Positions 9,415 through 13,148 of a stretch of DNA of 13,148 nucleotides are shown one piece after another. The notes below the pieces were generated by a model, which saw nothing but the letters and a program-made list of their open reading frames with translations, was not told where the DNA came from and did no database searches. The DNA is from Desulfurococcaceae archaeon (lineage in GTDB: Archaea; Thermoproteota; Thermoprotei_A; Sulfolobales; Desulfurococcaceae): positions 1 through 13,148 of the forward strand of contig JAWAJB010000028.1 of NCBI GenBank assembly GCA_038888155.1, read 5' to 3'. The translations under genes were made by a program, and so were the position numbers. Every line of letters starts with the position of its first letter. The first letter of the stretch is position 1.

Positions 9415-11841
9415 CTACACCTTCGTTAATCTTATGTATGCCAAATAAATAACAACTCCTTCTGACGCGTTCACACCCATAATCTCAACGTCAATGAAGT
9501 CTTCAGGTAGCTCGAACACCAATGGGATCGAAATCCACTGGTTATCGTAGATCATGTTCCTAGTTATGTTGAAGAAAGCTATGGTTGTTGTTCCCTTATT
9601 AGCCACCACGTCTATTTGGAGAAGAGGGTCTGTAACATTATCTAGCATACCAATTTTAATATTTAACAGCGCTACATATGTTCCTCTTTTTAATGTAATA
9701 TAGGGTCCAAACCATAGAACGCTTCTATCGTTTCCAGGTTCATGCAATATAATTCCGTTATAAATTCTCGCGCCTTTCGGTATTAAGTTCGCACTATAGA
9801 GGTAAACGTCATATGTGTCAACATATTGGGGGGCAGTATTGGTTAACTCTATTTTCCTTAAAATTAATTTGTCTGTGAATATGTTTGACACCCCTACTAT
9901 TCTAAACTCGACGTTCCTTGCAACATTCTTAATCGAGAAGTTTAATTGAATAAATTTAAATGAGCCCCCTCTAAGTTCGTGACAATAAACGGGTTTTCGT
10001 GATAACACCTTACTACCTATGTCAGAGACCACATCAACAACTCCTACGAGTCCCTCGCATTGATGATCTAGCAAGAGAATTTCATATGTTACCGAATATG
10101 TTCCTGGTGGAAGCGTTACATATGGACCGTAAATGAAGCTCTCGCTTCTCCCATCGTAGATCAAAACTTTATCCTCTAGATATTCTCCCACTTTAAAACT
10201 CACTGCTGTAATATTCTCGTGCGTGTAAACTATACGCAATGGTACCCATTTCTCCATGGGGCACTTTTCTCTAGCTAGTAGGATGATATTGTAACCGGAG
10301 GCACATATCCTATAGCCCTGGTCAATAAGTTTTTCGAATTGCTGATTAAATGGAACGTCACCATGCGCAGTATAATAATCATGCTGGTTCAAGTCAGCTA
10401 TGGCATAATCAACGATCACCCCTCGCGGTACCCATACATATGCGTTAACTCTGTTAGCAAAATGCGGAAATATGTGGTTTTGCGCAAGTATTGAATCATT
10501 ATTGCCTACATATCTAATTATTTCGTGGAGAAAGGAGACTTTTGGAGAATAATCGGGTTGAGAAATGTATGAGGCGCCTAACATTATCTGGTTGAAACTA
10601 AGATATATATCACTAAAAGCCAATGGTGATACAAGGACAAACAAAATTATAGCAAGACATAATGAATTTATGTATTTATTTTTAGACAAAGCTTTAGAAG
10701 AAGCTTTGATATATGATTGAAAACCGTCTATAGAGATAACAATAACTAGCGGGAGGAAAAAGCATCCATGAATGTGCCACCCAGGAGCGACCATCGAATA
10801 TAGTGTTGATAATAACATAAATAACAATGGCATTGATATCAACCATGAGGAAAGTGGGGCGTTAAATATTGTTGTAGTATATGGCATAAGTAGGAGAAAC
10901 AATGTTGCCATCTTAAGTAATAGGTTAAACTGAATAGACCTAATTAAAAGATCGGGTTTGGTCAGCACATTAAATAGTATTTCTTTCCATGATTTTCCTA
11001 AGACATCGAAAAGACCGCCGAAGCTTAGGGGTTCTGGACCGAACAATGAGATAGTTCTGATAGCTAAGCTTAAGAAAACTAAAGAGAACATAAAGAGAAA
11101 TGAATATAACACTTTAATCCTTCTCGACTGTGCCTTCACCATGATATACAGAGTTACTGCAGCGGCGATAATTATTGCAAAGTCTATAGTTAGCATCAGT
11201 AAAAATATAGATAGCACACTCTTCTTGAATCGAGATGTTTCGAAATAGTAAAGGCTCATAAACGTAAAGAGAGGACAGAATATCTCAATGTGAAATGGAA
11301 ACGTCAAAGCCATGTGAACAAAAGGATTTAACATATATGTTGCGGAAATAGTAACCGAGAACAAAGCGTCCCGTGTCTTAACTAGCGATAGTTTATAAAG
11401 AAACCAGATACTCAGTCCGACAACGATATTTTGAATTATAAATAAGGTTAACGCACTTGGGAACAACCGGTATATGGGAACGAGAGCTAAGGTCAAAGGT
11501 GTGAAGTGAACTCCAAAAAATGACCCCGTAGATGTGTGATAGAGGTCAGGAGTTTCATATAGAAATAAACCTTCGAATGCAGTCGTGTACAGAGCTTGCA
11601 TGTAAATACCTAGATCATAAGCGTACGTCTTAAACGTGTAATGCTGTTCCACGTTGTAAATAGTAAACACAGATACAAATATAGTGATTGAAATTAGAAG
11701 GATGAGTCTTATTCTTATCTCTTTACCCACGAGTCTTTGGATAAAATTGTTTATTCTTGAGATGAAGTCAAGCATAGCTTTCTTGACACTATTAACACAA
11801 CAGGTTTTAAACCTACTAAGATTCGGTGAAACAGTAAACAC
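9415..11841 (-). CDS. DUF2079-like polytopic membrane protein (predicted GT-C glycosyltransferase) with two tandem soluble C-terminal domains
   Basis: 808 aa with YDLGIYMQ, FFGVHFTP, FPFHIEIF and PHFANR motifs and many hydrophobic segments. Repeats GPYVTLPPGTY / GPYITLKRGTY. GTG start preceded by AGGTGA Shine-Dalgarno (11848-11853). Confidence 0.8.
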   Translation of the reverse strand: MFTVSPNLSRFKTCCVNSVKKAMLDFISRINNFIQRLVGKEIRIRLILLISITIFVSVFTIYNVEQHYTFKTYAYDLGIYMQALYTTAFEGLFLYETPDLYHTSTGSFFGVHFTPLTLALVPIYRLFPSALTLFIIQNIVVGLSIWFLYKLSLVKTRDALFSVTISATYMLNPFVHMALTFPFHIEIFCPLFTFMSLYYFETSRFKKSVLSIFLLMLTIDFAIIIAAAVTLYIMVKAQSRRIKVLYSFLFMFSLVFLSLAIRTISLFGPEPLSFGGLFDVLGKSWKEILFNVLTKPDLLIRSIQFNLLLKMATLFLLLMPYTTTIFNAPLSSWLISMPLLFMLLSTLYSMVAPGWHIHGCFFLPLVIVISIDGFQSYIKASSKALSKNKYINSLCLAIILFVLVSPLAFSDIYLSFNQIMLGASYISQPDYSPKVSFLHEIIRYVGNNDSILAQNHIFPHFANRVNAYVWVPRGVIVDYAIADLNQHDYYTAHGDVPFNQQFEKLIDQGYRICASGYNIILLAREKCPMEKWVPLRIVYTHENITAVSFKVGEYLEDKVLIYDGRSESFIYGPYVTLPPGTYSVTYEILLLDHQCEGLVGVVDVVSDIGSKVLSRKPVYCHELRGGSFKFIQLNFSIKNVARNVEFRIVGVSNIFTDKLILRKIELTNTAPQYVDTYDVYLYSANLIPKGARIYNGIILHEPGNDRSVLWFGPYITLKRGTYVALLNIKIGMLDNVTDPLLQIDVVANKGTTTIAFFNITRNMIYDNQWISIPLVFELPEDFIDVEIMGVNASEGVVIYLAYIRLTKV

Positions 11842-11855
11842 AATAAATCACCTGT

Positions 11856-12221
11856 TCATCTACCTAAGATCAGTGAACCGATGATTATTAAGGATACTCC
11901 GATCCATGCTTTTAAATCATACCTTTCTCCTAGAACTATTATGCTAGCAATTATTGTCGCCACGGTACTTAGTGATAAGAAGAACCTCCCAGCCATTACA
12001 CCAAATTCCTTTAATATCACATAACTTAATACAGAAGCAATAAATGCTGAAGCCATCGCTAATATGAAGTACTTGTTAAAAACTAGACGGATGACGAACT
12101 CTATGGTGAGTTTTGGGTCTCCTAACTCCCTAATTGTAAATCCCCACGCAATAGCATTTATTGTCGATAAGAATGCTATAACTACGTTAAGCATCCATAG
12201 GTCGAGCCTCACGAACACCAC
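11856..12221 (-). CDS. Small multi-TM DMT (SMR/EamA-like) membrane protein, possible lipid-linked sugar flippase
   Basis: 121 aa, about four hydrophobic helices, with a DMT-like ending ASIIVLGERYDLKAWIGVSLIIIGSLIL. First gene of the apparent minus-strand operon. Confidence 0.75.
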   Translation of the reverse strand: MVFVRLDLWMLNVVIAFLSTINAIAWGFTIRELGDPKLTIEFVIRLVFNKYFILAMASAFIASVLSYVILKEFGVMAGRFFLSLSTVATIIASIIVLGERYDLKAWIGVSLIIIGSLILGR

Positions 12222-12249
12222 CGAGTCTCATATAGTAAAATAAAATAAT

Positions 12250-12264
12250 CTTATTTAAATATAA
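12250..12264 (-). promoter_or_regulatory. Candidate TATA box for the minus-strand glycosylation operon
   Basis: Minus strand reads TTATATTTAAATAAG roughly 30-43 nt upstream of the GTG at 12221. Confidence 0.35.
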
Positions 12265-12851
12265 GTTTAACGCTACATCTTAGCCTCTTGAAATACAATA
12301 TCCTTACTCTTAAGCACGAGAGTTCTAGGAATGCTTAGGGCACGTTTTTGAATTTATAGACCCATCCTTCAAAGGTTCTGGTTGCATCTATAGTATAGTA
12401 GCTTTATTCCAAGTTTTTGCTCGTTATATCACTTTAATATTTTGGTGTGAATGTTGCTTTCATGTTTGGTAGGGCTTTTCTTAGTTATGTAGTTTATTCT
12501 TCTCCTTTACTCATACTGCTTAATGCTTCGTTAATTAGCTCTTTGAAGACAACTAGCATATTCCTATGTTACCTTGCTTAACTTTCTTCTTCACGCTAGC
12601 CTCCAGATATAATGTGAGGAAATAGCAGGTAATCAGCTATTGCTAAGTACATCCTCAATTCTTCAGGTTCTATGGTTATCTCCCTTCATAGCATCTGATA
12701 TAAATTTATACCTGTAGGCATGGAATTTCTCTTTGGAGGGATAAAAATGTCCTCTACTTGAAGGATTAGGAGGATTGAAGATAGGCACTACCTTTACCAC
12801 TAGGATAAGTATACTGGTCCCGTGAAGGAAGTTATAAAAGTTTATGAGGAG

Positions 12852-12937
12852 TGGCGCCGGGGGCGGGATTTGAACCCGCGCGGGGAATCCCCCACTGGCT
12901 CTCAAGGCCAGCCCCTTAACCGCTCGGGCACCCCGGC
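12852..12937 (-). tRNA. tRNA-Ser(TGA), intronless, CCA encoded
   Basis: Minus strand GCCGGGG...CTGGC-CTTGAGA-GCCAG...long variable arm...GCGGG-TTCAAAT-CCCGC-CCCCGGC-G-CCA. 86 nt, perfect acceptor, anticodon and T stems, discriminator G. Confidence 0.97.
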
Positions 12938-13148
12938 CAATTAAGTATTTCGTACCAAAAATTAAAAGATTATTTTCTTCTCACTAAATTACTTTCTTAA
13001 TTCTCTGCTTCAGAGAGTAAGGAGTGTTTTTTAACTTAGTCTGGTTGGTCAGTAATAGCTGTAGTTTTTAGTCAGGAATTTATGAATATAAATATAATAA
13101 GTTGATATTGATTTTTCACGATTTTCACGTGTTATCTGAGTAGTTCTA

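Larger units (their letters stand above)
2736..12910. mobile_element. Decayed integrated element / genomic island in tRNA-Ser(TGA)
   Basis: Flanked by the tRNA and its partial direct repeat, with an integrase remnant next to the repeat, a helicase remnant and accessory cargo inside. Confidence 0.85.

Noticed and set aside
7513-11884. Plus-strand ORFs 7513-7839, 10958-11248 and 11684-11884
   Set aside because: Antisense shadows of the GT4 and DUF2079-like genes, with no motifs.
12663-12905. 80-aa minus-strand ORF
   Set aside because: Starts inside the tRNA-Ser gene on the same strand, so the N-terminus is translated tRNA sequence.
13112-13129. Short tandem ttttcacg duplication
   Set aside because: Only two short copies in AT-rich sequence, with no array structure.
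1-13148. CRISPR array or IS element
   Set aside because: No regularly spaced repeats, transposase motifs or terminal inverted repeats were seen.

Overview
Archaeal (probably thermophilic Thermoproteota-like) region. From left to right: the 3' end of a minimal nucleotidyltransferase gene, a multiply broken phytoene-desaturase-family oxidoreductase pseudogene, and a ~10.2 kb integrated element (2736-12910) in a minus-strand tRNA-Ser(TGA) gene. The element is bounded by the intact tRNA and a degenerate 58-nt copy of its 3' two-thirds. Its backbone is decayed: a C-terminal fragment of an SSV1-type tyrosine integrase abuts the repeat, followed by a ~2.5 kb shattered SF2 (DinG/XPD-like) helicase gene. 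Its cargo is five uninterrupted genes: a DPM1-like GT2, two GT4s, a DUF2079-like polytopic GT-C candidate with two tandem C-terminal domains, and a small SMR/EamA-like transporter. Together these look like a self-contained lipid-linked surface-glycosylation cassette. All family calls come from motif recognition by eye, not database searches.
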